In this document: positions 61,841 to 64,000 of the stretch, one piece after another | Position numbering within the stretch: the first letter of the stretch is position 1 | Layout of the letters: each line of letters begins with the position of its first letter | Assembly (NCBI GenBank): GCA_013265495.1 | Contig: MU058781.1 | Span: forward strand, 724,963-788,962 | Source of the DNA: Vicugna vicugna | Lineage: Eukaryota | Length of the DNA: 64,000 bases | Direction of reading: 5' to 3' | The notes under the pieces: model-generated | Seen by the model: only the letters and a program-made list of their open reading frames with translations | Told to the model about the DNA's origin: nothing | Databases searched by the model: none | Program-made: the position numbers and the translations under genes

Positions 61841-64000
61841 GGCTGCTGTTACAATTATGTAACGGGAGCTCAATCTGTGCCCCTTCTTGTTTTGGGAGAT
61901 AACTTTTCCTGAGTTGAACACTTGTTGCTTATTTCTTCCCATTTCAAGAATCCCTCTGTGTCCTAAAGAAAACAATGATCCTTTAAGAGACCCTAAATAG
62001 TCATACACTTTTAAGCTCCAAAGCCAAACTTGTGGGAAAATTATGTCATAAAATTTAACTTGTATTCTATAGACAAAATGACTGGCTGATTGGCAGGGGG
62101 CATTTCACAGAATTTTGGCAAATTGTGAATTCTTTGAAAAGGATTTCAAGATGGCTCTGCCATCCCAGGGTCTGAAAATATAAAAGCACACAAAGTGGGT
62201 CTTTCTTCTGATGAAAGCCACACATAAGAAATAGACATAGGATAATATGCTTGGAATGTGACCTCATAGTGAAAATGCCTTCTTTTTCATCTCAAGTTTA
62301 ATTTTGAAAAACAAAATGCATCATTTCCCAACAGGAAACCACTGGGGATGATGAGGGGCATGAAATATGTTCAAACAAAGTAAGCGTGTTTAATCTGTTT
62401 GGACTCTTCCATTTTTGTTTTCTTCTCTCGAGCACACAGCCCTCTGTTTATAGCTGTTGCCCACGAGGAAACCAGCACCTTATGTGCCTGAGAGATCCGT
62501 CATGTGATTACCTGGAGGAAATTAGCATGATACGCAGTGTAATAAGGCAAAAGGAATGTGGAGCAATTATTCAGGAAACCGGACTGGCCAATGTACAGGG
62601 CAGTAATTCCTTAGACATTCCACTCTCAGTGAGAACTTGTTCTGCCCTCAGAGACATGGAAAAAATCCCCTTGCGTGTAGAACCCCCATGGGAAGTCAGT
62701 GCAAATCAGTGTACTTCCTCTTCTTGTTCTGCATAAAGGACTTGAAGGGCGAGGAATGTGTGTCACGAGAGCACCCCAGGACCGTATCCGTGTTACTATG
62801 CATAGGAATAAATGGAATCTTTGAACCTGTAAGTAAATCATGGGAGGTATATGTTTTTTCTCAGCTTAAAAAAAATCATTAAGTATCAGGGCATTTTCTT
62901 GAGATTAATCACTAGCCCGAGTTTTGTTACTTTGATATGGAACACAGTCCAGTCATTAACTCTGAAGAAATTCTCTGCCTCTCGATCATGGGTACGGACC
63001 AACCAGTGAATGGTTGCTCCCTCTTGGATTCAGGGGTGGTGCTCCACAGACAGTGGTCTGGGCACAGAGTTGAAAACAAAAAACCAAAACAAAGCAAAAC
63101 AAAAAACACCAGAAAATGAACTCCTAGCCTCACCTCGATTATTTATTGGAGTCAGAACTTAAGTAGAATTTGCCAAGTAAATCTTTTATTAAGAATCTTA
63201 CCACGCTCTCGGTAGCTGCAAGTCCCCAACATTTTGTGAAGAGCAGGTGTGCATCTGCCAAACTGCCCGGGCACCTTTTGCTTCAGCCGTCCCGGAATGA
63301 TGCTCGGAGGATCAAAAGCAAACAGCATCACCTGGCTCTTTGCCAACTATGTAACCGCTGGGGGAAGAAAGACCTCTGTTAGGAAAGCGCTTATGACCAG
63401 TGACAGCCATTCCCACAGAGGCGGACATACGTGTGTATGAGTATTTACTCATCAAAATACAGGTGTGGTGGAAGAGCTGTGATAACTTCAGGTAGTAGCT
63501 AAATAGGAAGTTTAGTGAGAATATTTAATGACATTAAGCATGGGGACTAAACATTAATGTTTCTATATCACAATTGCATTAGTTATTTTCTCTCTAATTA
63601 CATATATCCACACTAGTAAAATTACTTAGACATTTTTCATCATTTTTAGATTAAGGATCAATGAATTCGCATTGTATGATTTTTCTGCTGCACTGAAGAA
63701 ACGGTTAATTTGGTTTGGGGGAGTATCGAACTACAAGATGAAAAGATAAGATGTAAAAGAATCTGGACACAAATATGTTGATCTCACTTTAGAATCTGTG
63801 ATTTCCCTCCCCAAATGCCACCAACCTATCTCCCATAGGACTTTCTTTTTTTGGACTTCAGTGTTCAGATGCAATTTCATACAAAGGGTCCAACTAATAA
63901 TGAGAGTGGAGAAAAAGCTTAAATTGTAGGATTATTTCTCAACTGTCTTTACTAGAAATGACGGCTTCCAAAGGGTTCCTTCTGTTGCTTCCTTCATTGT

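Noticed and set aside
1..64000. ORFs in the six-frame track as genes
   Set aside because: All are short, compositionally biased and lack recognisable domains. Many overlap repeats or microsatellites. Only 26952-27149 has homology, and that is to decayed L1 ORF2.
1..64000. CRISPR array, tRNA/snRNA/rRNA genes, NUMT or non-retroviral endogenous viral element
   Set aside because: No regularly spaced repeat-spacer structure and no recognisable structural RNA, mitochondrial or viral signatures were seen.

Overview
This is mammalian nuclear DNA, either intergenic or deep intronic. It is AT-rich over roughly the first 48 kb and visibly richer in GC and CpG afterwards. I find no protein-coding exon, RNA gene, CRISPR array or prokaryotic system. 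Apart from one decayed LINE-1 ORF2 fragment, the ORFs in the track look like chance ORFs or antisense repeat readings. Much of the window is old eutherian repeats (MIR, L2, L1M, MER5/MER20/MER91/MER102/MER103-type hAT elements, MER21/LTR16/LTR33/MLT LTRs). Two younger L1 3' ends are of cetartiodactyl type, one camelid-like. I recognised no Alu, B1/B2, Bov-A/B, PRE-1 or Can-SINE, so a camelid host is my inference. Between the repeats are repeat-free blocks dense in homeodomain, SOX, PBX-MEIS, POU and E-box motifs, suggesting an enhancer landscape of an unidentified developmental gene. Directly visible oddities include an old local duplication of a MER5-in-MIR junction, several perfect inverted repeats with template-switch signatures, a 24-bp perfect palindrome, a Z-DNA tract and a G4 motif. 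Repeat family names come from recalled consensus sequences rather than a RepeatMasker run, and boundaries are approximate. I do not see a defensible novel biological system.
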